The notes under the pieces: model-generated
Database searches by the model: none
What the model was told of the DNA's origin: nothing
What the model saw: the letters and a program-made list of their open reading frames with translations, nothing else
Position numbers and translations under genes: made by a program
In this document: positions 36,068 through 49,321 of the stretch, piece after piece
How the letters are laid out: each line of letters starts with the position of its first letter
Position numbering within the stretch: position 1 is the stretch's first letter
Assembly (NCBI GenBank): GCA_036785375.1
Contig: JAWMAR010000105.1
Coordinates: 6,448,001-6,512,000 of the forward strand
Reading direction: 5' to 3'
Length of the DNA: 64,000 bases
DNA from: Leucoraja ocellata
Lineage: Eukaryota

Positions 36068-36193
36068 TCTAAAGAAGGGTCTCTACCCGAAACATCACCC
36101 ATTCCTTCTCTCCAGAGATGCTGCCGGTCCCGCTGAGTTACTCCAGCTTTTTGTGTCTATCTTCGGTTTAAACCAGCATCTGCAGTTCCTTCT
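36068..36193 (+). mobile_element. PLE terminal-repeat element with 10-bp TSD and mutated core
   Basis: TSD tccacatcta at 36062-36071 and 36194-36203. Core reads CUAAAGAAGGGUCUCUACCCGAAACAUC. Confidence 0.85.
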
Positions 36194-36242
36194 TCCACAT
36201 CTACCATGCCAGGCTCCTTATTTATTTGAATGAGGTTCGTTT

Positions 36243-36700
36243 GACTGATTCCTGGATGTCAGGACTTTCATATGAAGAAAGACTGGAAAGACTCGGCTTG
36301 TACTCACTAGAATTTAGGAGATTGAGGGGGGATCTTATAGAAACTTACAAAATTATTAAGGGGTTGGATAGGATAAATGCAGGAAGATTGTTCCCGATGT
36401 TGGGGAAGTCCAGGACAAGGGGTCACAGCTTAAGGATAGAGGGGAAATCCTTTAGGACTGAGATGCAAAAAACATTTTTCACACAGAGATCTCTGCCAGA
36501 GAAGGTAGTTCATTGGCTACATTTAAGAGGAAGATAGATGTGGCTCTTGTGGCTAAAGGTATCAGGGGGTATGGAGAGAAGGCAGGTACGGGATACTGAG
36601 TTGGATGATCAGCCATGATCATATTGAATGGCGGTGCAGGCTCGAAGTGCCAAATGGCCTACTCCTGCACCTATTTTCTATGTTTCTATGTTTCTATGTT
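36243..36700 (+). mobile_element. Young 5'-truncated CR1 LINE, same subfamily as 24797-25310
   Basis: MSGLSYEERLERLGLYSLEFRRLRGDLIETYKI...TRGHSL and a (ttctatgt)3 tail. Confidence 0.95.
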
Positions 36701-36814
36701 TGAACTCCAGGGAGTATCGACCTAAACTGTCTCTTGGCAGGTCAACCCTCTCATCCCAGGAATTAGCCTTGTGGAACTCATTTATACTGCCTTCAACACT
36801 TCTGTCCTTGCATC

Positions 36815-36910
36815 GGTAACTTCTGTTTCTCTTTCCACGGATGTTGCCCGACCTGCTGAGTGTTTCCAGCATTTTCTGTTTTTGTTTCAGATTTCCAGCA
36901 GCTGCAGTTT
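36815..36910 (+). mobile_element. Older PLE terminal-repeat subfamily fragment
   Basis: ctgtttctctttccacggatgttgcccgacctgctgagtgtttccagcattttctgtttttgtttcagatttccagcagctgcag. Confidence 0.75.
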
Positions 36911-38396
36911 AATATTTGATTTTTAAATAGTTCCTCAATTTCCGGAGCAATCTCTGCAGAGCATAACTGAGAAATGGGAAATTATTTTTGAGCTGCTGAG
37001 CAAAATCAAAATGTCCAGCAGACTTCTTGAATGATATCATGGTTGAGCCTCTTCGATGAATTTTCAGGATTTTCTTGAAAGGCCATTGGTGATATTCATA
37101 ATGCTGTACTCTCATCTCTGACGCTGAGATCATTTCCATTGTCCAAGCTTACAGCTTTACTGGCAGTTCCAGAGTTCCTGCCTACAATGACCACAGACAA
37201 CGTCTAGTAGGTAAAAACCTGCAGCTAAAACGCCTAGCCATGTTGGTACTGACTAAATTGATGGACTGGTATGAGAAAGAGAACAATTGTTCTCAGCTAA
37301 ATGTTTGCCCATTGAGATGAAACAACATGTGACCACAGGACTTCTAGCAAGAGGTCTAATTACTTGGATTACTCTTTCGATCAAACACGATAAAAAATTC
37401 CAATCAAGAAGACCCTGTAAGGACCATAATTTATTTTTGGTGGCAAATATCTGCCTTTTCTCAGCGAGAAAGGCTTTCTGTAAAATTGTTAAATTGTGCA
37501 GAAAGAATGGTAGCTTTTACCTAAACAACCACATCTAATCAGGAATGCAGCACAGATACCACAGCCTTCATCTGGACTGGACTGCCGAAGTCAGCCCAGA
37601 TTTTGTGCCCCATGTACTGGAGTCTTGAACCGATGACCTGAGTATTTATACAATCATATTATTAACATAATTTCTAGGTTATGGTGTACAAATTGAAAGC
37701 CTATGTTTGGCTGCGCAGTGTGATTAGTCATCAAGGGATTGAATATTAATCAGGAAAGGTCTTTGAGAATAATGTCTGACACATATCTTGGATCATTCAT
37801 CCTCTTAATAATAGGCCCTTGCAGCATGACAACCTTTCGCACTTGTTCAAGATATGAAAATCCCAAATCGGTGGTCTCCTTTCAGCTCAAGGCTCGAAAG
37901 AAATCAGCTGTGATATTATTGGCAATGCTACTGGAGTGAATCAGTGCAATCAAATCAGTTTATATTAACAACAACACTGTGAGGGGAAAGGACAGAAAAT
38001 GAATATTTATTTAATTGCCTGCGGCCATAGTGGTTTGTTCCCTAATGTTTGTGTTGTATTGTAGGAAATAAAGTATTCAGATTCCTTTCCCCTCCACATG
38101 CTTCATACACGACCAACTCAGTCTTTATTGATTGGACTAAAATGAGAATTGGTTTAATGAAGCAGAGCTGTTGACAAGCTCCCAGTATATTCTCTGCCCC
38201 TGGAGACACTGGTCGTAATGCAGGCAGGAGCATGGTATGGAAATATACAGCAGCACTGGTGGGGTTAAAGACGGCCCAGTAACCCAGCACCCCGCCACCC
38301 CCACCCCCACCCTGTTCTGCTCCTCAAAAACAACATGGCTGCATCCCAATGTCACCAGCACACCTTGAGTTTATTGATAGTTAAAGGCAATTGGTT

Positions 38397-38683
38397 TTTA
38401 GTTTAGTTTAGAGATACGCATTGAAACACGCCCTTCTCCCTACTGAGTCAACGCCAACCATTGACCACCCATTAACACTAGTTCCGTGCTACACCACTTT
38501 CTCATCCACTCCCTACACATTTTTTTTATTTACAGAGGCCAATTAACCTAAAAACTCACACATGTTGTGGGATGTGGGTGGATTACCTGGAGAAAACCAA
38601 CATGGTCACAGGGAGAACATACAAACTCAGACAGACGTCAGGGGGAAGCTGTGAGGTAGCAGCTTTACCAGCTGCGCCACTGT
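38397..38683 (-). mobile_element. HE1-like SINE
   Basis: (tttag)n tail at 38397 and head ending taccagctgcgccactgt. Confidence 0.85.
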
Positions 38684-39199
38684 ACGAAAGCCAGTAAAGT
38701 TCGTATGTTCACATTCAGACTAGGTGTAACACCAGTCAGATTAGCTTGGAATATATACGTGTAGGACTAGGGTGTGTAGGTTGCGGTGGGCCACAAGTCC
38801 ACATTAGATGGGTTGGTGAGACAACAGTTGTTCAGATGGTGGGATCTGATGAGTTAGTTAGGCTCACATTAGGCCAGGGAGTGTACATATTGGGGACGTG
38901 ATGTGCTGGTGGCACTCTGTACCTTCTTTGTTCGTCGTGTTGAAGGTGCAATGGTTTGGTGTAGGCTGATAACCACAGCTGGTGCACACCTTGTCAAAAC
39001 AACCTTATTTTGCAAACCTAAAGGCCTCCTGGGTGATAGTACCATGAGAGTAACCAGTCCATAGAGACACCCTACGAACTTTGCTTCATTTGTTTCACAA
39101 AGAACAACATGCATGTAATGATGGTGATGGAAAGAGTGATGCTTGTCCTTTCTCAAGAGTACACTGAGTTCAGCACAAAGCGATCTTTCAGTGATCCAC

Positions 39200-39390
39200 T
39201 GTGGGAACAAGGAACTGCAGATTTGCTGGTTTGCTGGAGTAACTCTGGAGAACATGGATAGGTAACATTTCAGGTCAGGATCTGAAGTCTGAGGAGCGGT
39301 CCCAACCCAAAATGTCACCAGAGGTGATGCCTGTTCTCCAGACTTTCTGCCTGACACGCTGAATCATTCCAGCATTTTTTGTCTTTTGTT
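39200..39390. mobile_element. Degraded inverted pair of PLE terminal repeats
   Basis: ggaactgcagatttgctgg...ggataggtaacatttcaggtc, then gtctgaggagcggtcccaacccaaaatgtcacc...ccagcattttttgtc. Confidence 0.7.
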
Positions 39391-39974
39391 CAGAGCACTT
39401 GCAATCCACCAATTATCCCAAGTTCAATGATTCCCTGTAGACAATTCTTTAGGCACAATGGCTGACGTTGGGATTCTGCCATTAACACACTGGAAAATGG
39501 CTTGTGTTTTCAGTGCAAGGAATAATGTCAACTTGGGGATGAATGTGAGAAGGGAGATCATTTGTTTTATTGGTAGAACAGGAAGAAACTCCCACATTCG
39601 GACAATGCTACCTATACTGATTTCAAGAGATCGAGAGATCACAAAATACATAACAGCCAATTAAGTGATTATCATGGATGTAATGCAGGAAACATGGCGT
39701 GCCGAGCAAGATCCTACTATGACCAGGCAATCATCACTAAAATGTAGAGTGAATGGTAGCTGTTAGCATTGGTGAAAAGCTGCGCTCTTTCAAAGAGTGT
39801 CTTGGGATCTGTTATAGTTTCCCAAGAGAAGCAGATGGGGCTATCCAAAGGATGTATGGAATGGGAGGGTGTGTATTTCGAAAAAACTGTCTCCTGCCTT
39901 CTGCAATTTCCAAGAGTGGGAATATTTTCTTTCAGTCCTGTCCTGTTAAAAACACAATAATAACATGGGGAATA

Positions 39975-40200
39975 AAATCAGCTGTGGCCATTCGGCCCCC
40001 TTTTGTCTTCTCAGTAAGATTGCAGCATTTATTTCATCGCCACGTTCTTGCTCTGAGCCCACGCCTTTTGATTCCTTTGATCATTGGAAAATTTACAGAT
40101 CTCTCCCTTGGATATATTCTTAGCCTTCACAGCCTCCGGGGATGGAACATTCCCAAGATTCCTCCTCCCCGGGTGAATCCATTTCTCCTCCATTATCCCA
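39975..40200 (-). mobile_element. Old CR1 3' tail
   Basis: ggccattcggccccc...ccttcacagcctccggggatggaacattcccaagattc...gggtgaatccatttctcctc. Confidence 0.6.
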
Positions 40201-42159
40201 CGACATCCATCTTGACTGCGCTGAGAGATTTTGACAGACAGCTGATGAGCGAGGAACCTCATGACTGCATCATGACCCTGCTTGTGCACAACAGTGTAAG
40301 AATAAGAAATGCTCTGGAAGTCAGATGGAGACACAGCTGATCTCTCTAGCCACCTCTAGACCCTCATCACAGATGTTGCCTAACCTGAGTGTTTACAGCA
40401 GTTTCAGTCTTTCCAACTCTTCTGACATGCTTTTTTTGTCTTTTAGGTTAAAGGTTGCGAAATGTTAAGAATTGTTTTGGATAAATTCTTCTCTCTTTGG
40501 CTTCATTTCCTCCTTCTTCATTGCTCTATTCCTCAATATATAATCCCTGTTGCTTCCACTCTTTCACACTCATTCTCTCCAAAACTCATGGTCATGTTAA
40601 CATGCATCTGTGAACCCAATCTTCTATGTTAGAACCTCACCTGTCACTCTTACCACAGCAATAAATTGGCAGCAGAGTCACCAACAATATCCCCTGGTTG
40701 TGACCATGGTTCCCCATCCTTCCTCAATCGTCCTGCCATCTTTGCAGCTTTGGATGTGGTTCAGATTTGTTCCTTGTTGGACACCTGATGACCCTCCCCA
40801 GGTTCCAGCCATAGCCACGAAATCTGCAAAGGCACTTCTTCCATTCAATCAGCATCGCTGTCAGAATCCTCCCCCAAACACCATCTTCCATATCATCCAT
40901 TTGTTCTCCTTCAGTATTATCATTCAAAGGCATCAAGCAGGACACATTATTGACAGCCTTCAGTTCTGTCTCCCTATCCTCATCTCCTCCTCTCACTACT
41001 TGTGTGCTCTCTGGTTGCCTGTCTGATACATAACACCATGTTGAAACCAGTTACAATTGCAACATGCCGTTACATTGGCTTGTTCATGCACAACCCTGAA
41101 TGAGTTGCATTTTACTCTGGTTAAAGGTTTTGAAGGTCAAAGCCAGGTCTGATGCCACAAGTTTGGTGCCATCCCATTCCAGGCCAGTTTTATGATGGGG
41201 TAGGTTGGTTCCGATCCCAGTATCCTCTCCAACCCCAAGATTATCATCTCTCCAATAGGAGTTCCTACTTCCTGCTGTTCTTTTTATGCCACACCACAAT
41301 CAAAATTGGAAACCTTGGTGCTTATTTTACCACCGACTGTCCGAGCTGCTCCCTCATCTTAATCATTTACCAAAGCAGGTGGTGATCCAAAATGCTTGTT
41401 ATATCCTAACTTCATATGTGAAAATTTGACTTGTATTCGCTACGGTTTAGAAGAATAGGAGAATGTCTCACTGGGAGGGCTTGAGAAGTGGCAAGACCAA
41501 AACAAATTCAAGACCAGTACATTCTAAAACCAGTGTCAGCTTAGAAATTAGTTAGTGATTATTTCGCATTAATGAATTCAGTGTCATGGCAATAACTGTT
41601 TGTAGGTACTTTCATTTTAATTTTAGAATCCCTCCAGCTGTTTTCTAGTGAGTAATGGTTGCACAACATGCATGGTTTCCACATCAGCAGCCTGCAAGTC
41701 ATGCCTTTCTCTGCCAACTAACACACCCTTTTGGTCCATTGCTGGGAAAATTAGACCATCCTGGTGTGGCAGTGGTCAGCATTCAGGATCAACTCCGTAC
41801 TTCCATGTGAAGTCAAAACATTGTGTGGGTTGCCCGCCTGACGGTGTTGGAGTTGCATGAAGTGAGAATGATGCACAGTTCATACAACAACATCAAAGGC
41901 TTGCCTTGTGCAATGCTGCGGTAACACTGACATCACTTTCAGTCTGGTGTGCCCTGAGGATGCGTTGAAAGGCCTGGCTCTACTCAGCAAGAAACACCGC
42001 AGGGGCCATCCTGACATGCAGCTCCTGAAAGGACAAATCACAGAGCAAGCAAAACTCTTCTAACACCATCTGGATTGTGCAAATGAATAAAGGGATGGTG
42101 CAATAGTGGGAGAGCGTTGCAATGATCAGAGGGTCTAACAGTAAGAGGGTGACGGAAAG

Positions 42160-42385
42160 CTTTACTGTGCCAGAGGGCAAAGGGGAATGTTATAGTGAGG
42201 GGAAGAGGGAGAATGTTATAGTGTGGTGGTGAAAGATAATGTTACAGTGAAGGGACGAGGAGAGTGCTACAATGTGGGTATGAGGGGGAGTGTTACAGCG
42301 AGTTAGTGAAGGAGTGTGTTACAGTGAGGGGGCATGGTGTGCGTTAGAAAGAGTTACAGTGAGGTGGTGAGGGAGAGTGTTGCAT
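42160..42385 (+). repeat. Degenerate 26-bp purine-rich minisatellite
   Basis: TGTTAYAGTG-type motif at 42188, 42214, 42240, 42265, 42291 and 42317. Confidence 0.8.
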
Positions 42386-43575
42386 TACAAATGCCTGGTT
42401 TGTTTTTAATTTCAGCTTGTTATCTGTATTTAAATTCCATATCTGCCATGGTGGGAATTGAACACTAAATTGTTAACATTGTAATTTAACTGCTGCACCA
42501 CCATTCAGGTATGCTGAGAGGTTACCGAAAATTGTACAATTCAATGGTACGATACAAAAGCAAATATGAAATTTGATCTCAGTCTTGTTGGTGTCAAGTT
42601 TTAAGAAGTGTAATTCATCTGGAGAACACTCAGTGGAACAAGGCCTCATCTACAAGGGAGAAGGTCTTGTATTTATTGTATACCACTCTCTGACCCCAGT
42701 GCCGAAATGGCACTCAGCAAAGGGGGTTTACAAGTTGTGTCATTCACACAGAATAACATTCCTTATCCCATCTCAAAGCTGTTTCATTTCCAGTATGTCA
42801 TAATGAATGGGAGAGTCAATTAGGGCCAAAACATTAACACTATTTAACAACAGTCAGGCCAGCAGATACATGAAGGGCACTCCAGAATCGCCATTAGTTG
42901 TGATTTACATCAAAATGATTACAGTATCCTTTTATTTCACATTTACTAACGAGGACCCTGAACGCTACTAAAAGGGTGATTTGACACGTTTAAACCTAAC
43001 TCATTGGCTAACAAAAAATTCCGTGGTAATGACAATTATACCTTGAGACCGAGAGATGAAGAGAGTGGTATCCATTTCTACAAGTTTCCAATTGGATGGG
43101 CTAGGTTCAGCCTCCCCTTCCTCTTAACCTTGGAAAACAGGGAAATGCTTCACAGTCTAATTTCCTAAACTGTACCCTGGTCCTTTTATCTCCTTGTGGT
43201 GAACACTGTCATGATTCTAAAATGATCCAGGTTTGACTGTTAGAACCTCTGGGGTTGAATGGGCGATTGTGTAAACAGAACTTGGTTTACTGATCATAGG
43301 AGGAGGTGTGTATTCATATAATTGTTTTAACCATATATAACAGAGAGTAGGCTCTGTTAACAATGTTAAAATGGGAAGAATGAAAGAACAAAACATTTGG
43401 AGCTCAAAAATGTCACATATAATGGGACATGTGTAGGCGGTGCAATGGTGCATGAATTCAGCATTGTGCTGTCACGTGCTGCAAGTGGAGGACTTGGTGC
43501 AGTTGTATACATGGGCTGCACTTCACCATCTAACTTAGTAACCTGGCTGCACAGGACGGCACAGTGTTCTGTTCC

Positions 43576-43878
43576 TTTCAGTTCAGAGATACAGCGCTGA
43601 AACAGGCCCTTTGGCCCACCGAGTCTGCACCAACCAGAGATCCCCGCACGTTAACACCACCCCACACATACTAGGGACAATTATTTTTACATTTATTCCA
43701 AGTCAATTAATCTACAAACCTCCGTGGTGTACGTCTTTGGAGTGTGGAAGGAAACTGAGGATCTCGGAGAAAACGCACGCGGGTAACGTACAAACTCCGT
43801 GCTGACAGCACTTGTAGTCGGGATCGAACCTAGGTCTCAGGCGCAGTAAGGCAGTAGCTCTACGACTATGCCAATGTG
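43576..43878 (-). mobile_element. HE1-like SINE
   Basis: ttcagagatacagcgctgaaacaggccc tail, core, and ggatcgaacc (reverse B-box). Confidence 0.9.
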
Positions 43879-43885
43879 TTGACCC

Positions 43886-44167
43886 AGTGATGCAGCAGTA
43901 GAGTTGCTGCCTTACATCGCCAGAGACCCTGGTTCGATCCTGACTACAGGTGCTGTCTGTATGGAGTTTGTATGTTCTCCGCTAACTGTGTGGGTTTTCT
44001 CCGGGTGCTCCGGTTTCCTTCCACATTCCAAAGATGTGCAAGTTTGTAGGTTAATTGGCTTATGTAAATTGTCCCCAAGGTGTAGTGTAAGATAGAACCG
44101 GTGATCATTGGTAGGCGTGGACTTGATGGGTTAAAGGGCCTATTTCCACGCTGTTTCTCTGAACTAA
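43886..44167 (+). mobile_element. HE1-like SINE, head-to-head with the previous copy
   Basis: gtgatgcagcagtagag head, ggttcgatcc, core and tail. Confidence 0.9.
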
Positions 44168-45394
44168 TCTGCATTACGGCACAGAGGGAATGCTCAACAA
44201 GTCAGGGTACGGTACAAATTTGTGCTGGTGTTCAAATTTTGGAGGAGGATGTTGGCATAAGGATCTCATTCAGATTTACAAGGGAACCAATCTTAACTGT
44301 GACAGGGTAACATTTACTGCAAATCAATATTTTATACACAGCTATAAAACTAATGGCAACCATATGCATGGGATGCAGGGCTCTGAACTGAAGTTTGTTG
44401 ACTGGAATGATACTATGATCAGTACTGTATTATTGTAGCAAAGGCAAAACTGATGGGGAGGTGGCAAGTGAATTCCAATTCTGAAACAGTAGATGCAACA
44501 TGGCTTATTTGCTTTATCTTGTTTTGGAACCTTGAAAGATACAGAGAGAGAGGTTAAGTCTCAAATGGCATCTGCATCTCAGATCAATAGGAAATATGTC
44601 CAGTGTTTAAAAATGCATACACTTTCCTTAGTGTTGTGTCTCACTGATCTATTGCATGCAATTACAACTACATGAGAATCCTCAGTCTAAATGCAATCTC
44701 TGCTGTTGGAACTACAGTATGTACTAATTCTAATTCTAGGTGACATATTAAATGTTAATTTAATTGCACAATTGGCCGCTTTATATAGCAAAATCAGATT
44801 GCATTGAGATGAAACTGTTTTTGTAATTTCTCTCGGCTGTCAAAACTTTCAGTGGCAAGAGAGTAGTCCTGTACTAATATTAATTCCCAGGAATTTTGGA
44901 ACCATTGTCCACAGAGTGCATGAAGGTTACATCGTGATGGACAGAAGGTCTAATGTGGAACGGTATAGTTACAATCGAATAATTACCATCAGGCCTTATT
45001 ATTGTTTATGTATGTGAACAAATATTTGTTTTGCTTTGCAAAAATTGAATGGGATGCAATGGAACAGTAACCATTTATTTTGACTAATTTAATCTTGCAA
45101 CTAAGACGTAATAAGTCATGTTAGCTAAAAGACCTTTTGTGCAAGTAGAATAAATTGGTTCCACTGTCTGCATTTATAGATCAACATAGTGCAAAGTCAC
45201 AAGGAGCTACCAAAAAACATATTGCTTGCTCGCAAACTCTGCTCCAGCTTAGGATCGCTAACACTAAAACGTCAAATGATAAAACTTATTTAAGGCACTC
45301 TTAGTTAATGCATTACCAAATAATAATACTCTTAATTATGGTCCTCATCTATTCAATTACTAATCTTAAATACCTACAATGAAAACTACAAGGT

Positions 45395-46480
45395 CTCATT
45401 GGCTGATGACACGAAGATTGGTAGCATTGTAAATGTAAACCTGTGCTCAAATGATTTGAACATTGGCAAAGTTGAGTTTATGTACTTTGGACCTAAATAA
45501 ATGAAAGAAGAGCAAACTTTCTACAATTGGAAAGCTAGAATAGGAGAAGACTCAAATGTCTACAATCTTTGGAATCCGGTGATTATTATTATGCAACCAC
45601 GCCACACGCGTCTTCCTCATGTTTGATGCACAGAGCTGTATTTAACGAGAATATTTAACTGTACACATATCAGCCATAATCAAGACTTTATAAAGCTTCA
45701 GCGTAATCTTTACCTCCTAGTGTTCTAGTACTGTGTGGTATTTTGAGCCCCATACCCAAGGATATTGTCACTGGATAATGCAGTTCATATGCATCAATAT
45801 GATGTTCAGATAGATGGAGGGAATTAGACGATAGATTAGATCGAAGTTGGAGCACAGTGAATAATTCTGGATACCATTCTTTGAGAATAGGTCAATTGGC
45901 CTTGGGAGCAGAGCAGCCTAGATTTATGAGAATATTACTTGGATTCCAAGGGTTAAATTACAATGAGAACCGTTTTGCCCTGGAGTAAAGAAGAGTAAGA
46001 AGGAATGAACAAAGTTTTCAAGATTCTCAGGAGACCTGTTTTGGTGGAAAGAGAAGATTATTACAGCTGGTTGATAGGTCTGGGGCAAGTTGAAGTGATT
46101 GGGCCTTTCAACGTATTGGGAAAGACTGGTTCATGGAAAAGGGGGTGGATGTATGGAATTCTGCTCCACTCCTAGAGTCATACATCATGGAAACAGGCCC
46201 AAGATGTCTAAGCTGGTCCTATATGCCCACGTTTTCTTCTAAACCTTTCCTATCCATGTACTTAAGTCCAAATGTCTTAAGTGTTGTTACTACATATAAA
46301 GATTAAATATAACATTTATAATAATATTAATAACATAATATTAAATGTTAGATATAAGATCTGACTGTGGGTAGTAAAGGATTTGGAGCAAAGGCAGAGA
46401 AATGAAGTTCTATCTTAGATCTGTCATAATGCCAAAGGACACATTAGGATTGAGGAGCTGAGTGCCTGACACACATCCCT
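45395..46480 (+). mobile_element. Very degraded CR1 fragments with a short opposite-strand tail at ~46172-46290
   Basis: gctgatgacacgaagattggt (ADDTKIG) at ~45402, tactgtgtggtattttgagccccatacc, tggaattctgctccac. Confidence 0.55.
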
Positions 46481-46905
46481 TGTTCATGAACTACTACCCT
46501 CAACCTCACCACTGGGCTCAAGTTCAGGCAGCTCTGATTTGAGCAACACATGAGCTCAATGTATTGCAGTTTCTTTCAAATGTTGCTGTTTATTGAGGGG
46601 AAAGACATGAAGTTGTGTTTTCCAGATGTCAATTCAGGGTTTTAAAGCGTAACCTACTGCAGTCCTTCATATTGTTTAAATAGCTACGTGGAGCATAAAG
46701 TAAAACAGGCAGTATAGACACATTGACTAATCAGATTTGACAGATCTGCAGAGTTGGAGATTTCAGCCCTTCATTCACCATTAATATTGTAAACAGCAAT
46801 ATTCCAACAGTGTAACTGGAGGAGGGAGTCGGGTTACCCAGACAGAAAAGATAGTTCCCAGGAATGAGAAAGGATCCGAAAGATGCATTAGAGGAGGATC
46901 TCGAT

Positions 46906-47038
46906 CCGTCTGAAGAAGGGTCTCAAACCAAAACATCACCTATTCCTTTTCTCCAGAGATACTGCCTGAGCCGCTGTGTTACTCCAGCATTTTGTATCTA
47001 CCTTTGGTGTATACCACAATCTGCAGTTCCTTCCTGCA
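46906..47038 (+). mobile_element. PLE terminal-repeat element with degenerate core
   Basis: gtctgaagaagggtctcaaaccaaaacatcacc...ctgcagttccttcctgca. Confidence 0.85.
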
Positions 47039-47734
47039 TCGGAAAATGCATTGCCAGGTTAAGAAATAAATGGATGGGTGGTTTGTTTGGAGGTAAATGA
47101 TAGTAGAGAGTATTTGGGCCAAGTGGTCAGGCATGATGGAGTGCACTTATGTTATTACCTGTAGTAAATTTGGAAATTCATTGAAAATAATAGATAAAAC
47201 AGAAAAATAATCTTGTTTGTTACATGCTTTCTGCACTCACCAGCTTCTTGCAGTCCTCCCACAATCTTTTCTGTCGGCAAAAACAGGCCTGTGTGGGGCA
47301 AACTGAGGCTGTTGCAAATGGTGTTTTTGCAAATGAGAGTCTGGCTAAAATGCTACGAGCAATGAAATGAATGACGTGAGAATATTTGTTCAGAAGCAGC
47401 CAGAATTTACAGCAGCAGTCAGACTACATTTGCTGGAGGCATGGCGAGGCGAGATTGTGGCTGTGGCAATGTGTTTCAGCAGTTGCTATTCTTGCAAACA
47501 AGCAAGCAGCAGAACCACTCCACGAACGGAGTGTATGATTAAGGGAAGACTAGCTTGCCCCTAGCCACCTGTACAGGACATTATAGTGAATCCAGCAAGT
47601 ATCACTATCCAGTAGCAATATGCCTCACCTTTCCAAGTACAGTATTTTAATATAATACCAGGAATCTGCACAATTTCAGCTTCCTCCCAGGAACACATAG
47701 CTGGCATATTCCTCCAGTTGCCTGATTGTGATTG

Positions 47735-48510
47735 TGAGTTCCCCTGGTCCTCATCTTTCACCCAACACCCTCTGCAGCCAACACATCTTTCTCTGACACT
47801 TCCGCCATCTTCAACAATTGACTTTTCAGCAGTCCCATCTTTCCAGACCCCTTTCTACATGTTTTGGTTTGCTTATCCCTTCCCACCAAACCAGCCCTTG
47901 CACTGGCACTTTCCTCTGCAACTGCAGGAGATGCAATTCCTGCCCCTTCAACCCCAATTTAACATCCATCCAGGGACCCCAGCAGCTCTTTCAGGTGAAA
48001 TAGAGATACGAGTGCACCTCTTCCAACCTCATCTATTGCTGTTGGTGCTCCCGATGTGGCCTCCTTTACATCAGCAAGACCAAGCATAGACTAGGTGACC
48101 ATGTCAACCTTTCTGTTCTAGGCCTCCTCCATTGCCAGAGTAAGGCTGCACATAAATTGGAAGAGCAGCACCTTATATTCCACATGGGTAGCATACAACC
48201 CAAATATTTGAGAAATGCATTCTCCAAATAATCAGCTCCCATTTTCTCTCCCTTTCCCCTGTCCCCTCGCCCACCACAGTGCACACACATTTCTTCCAAC
48301 TTCTCCTCCCACTCTACTCACACTATCCCTTTCTCCTCCTCTACGTTCAACCATTTTCCAGCTTTCTCTCCCCAACTCCATCAGTCCGAAGAAAGGTTCC
48401 GTCCCGAAACGGCCCCTGTCCACTCCTTCCACATGTGCTGCCTGACCCACTGAGTTCTTCCAGCGCTTTGTGTTTTGCTCAGGATTCCAGCACCTGCAAC
48501 TTCTTGCGAC
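47735..48510 (+). mobile_element. 3' part of a Penelope-like element: Cys linker, GIY-YIG endonuclease remnant, 3' UTR and hammerhead-type terminal repeat
   Basis: GTFLCNCRRCNSCPF...IQGPQQLFQVK*RYECTSSNLIYCCWCSRCGLLYISKTKHRLGD (GIY-YIG-like), a pyrimidine-rich UTR, then cagtccgaagaaaggttccgtcccgaaacg...gctgcctgacccactgagttcttccagc (48382-48500). Confidence 0.88.
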
Positions 48511-49321
48511 TCCTGCTTGTGATTGGTGGTATCTGATTCTATTCTATTGAAGGCTGCTGACTCTTCTTTCCTCCGCCATCTCCATTATTTATTGAAGTGA
48601 CTGAACAGCAGGTTTTGTTACACCGTCCAATGTCTTTGGGTGTGCCACATATTGAACAAAGGTACATGGAGTTCCCTTCGGCTCAGTGCATGGCAGTGGA
48701 GATGACAGTTCTCTGTGCACTGAGTTGACAGTCAGTAGAGAACAAACATCTAGTCGAAACAAAACACCTTCATCTCCACTTCCCTCCTTATGCCCATACC
48801 CTACCCCAGCTTCTGTCATTTTCCTTCAATGTATTTGAGAGTCTGGCAACAACAAATTGGATTTCTGCAGCTTCTTTGACATAATATTTTACTGGAGCAG
48901 ATTGAACAAAAATTGCTACCTAGCTTTTTCACCAATAGCCTGCCTGTGCTAAAAGGTATCTTTGATGCCAAAGCAAGCAGAATATGATCTGCTAGATACA
49001 GGTCAGTGCAAGAGGTTGGCTGCATCACTTACATCCAATCACGGATGAAAGAAGCCAAGCAAACCTTTGTATTCAATCCGCCCTGAAGATTTCTTGACAC
49101 CTGTGGGCCCCGCCCATGATTTTTCTGGTTTGTGAGTTTATTTATTTTTGATTCCAAACTCAAGTCTATAGTTCTGCATCTTCTGCAGTCTTGGGAAGGT
49201 TATAGATTTGTGCAGCAGAGACATAGGCCCATCAGCCCACCATTTCCCTATCAACCATGCATATACCGATCATACCAGTTCCATTTACCTGCATGCAGTC
49301 TGTCAAGGTTTATCAATATTC

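Noticed and set aside
37540-37640. Possible ancient Deu-type or other old SINE remnants (also 42400-42510)
   Set aside because: Short and highly diverged; cannot be supported from sequence alone.
38869-40340. 162-aa and 195-aa ORFs
   Set aside because: They overlap degraded PLE-repeat and CR1 sequence, with no recognisable protein or clear splice signals.
41650-42100. Possible Tx1/L1-type 3' remnant
   Set aside because: Only a short frameshifted LRDALK-like motif supports it.
42160-42385. CRISPR-like repeat-spacer appearance
   Set aside because: Vertebrate context, degenerate 10-bp core, related spacers and no cas genes.
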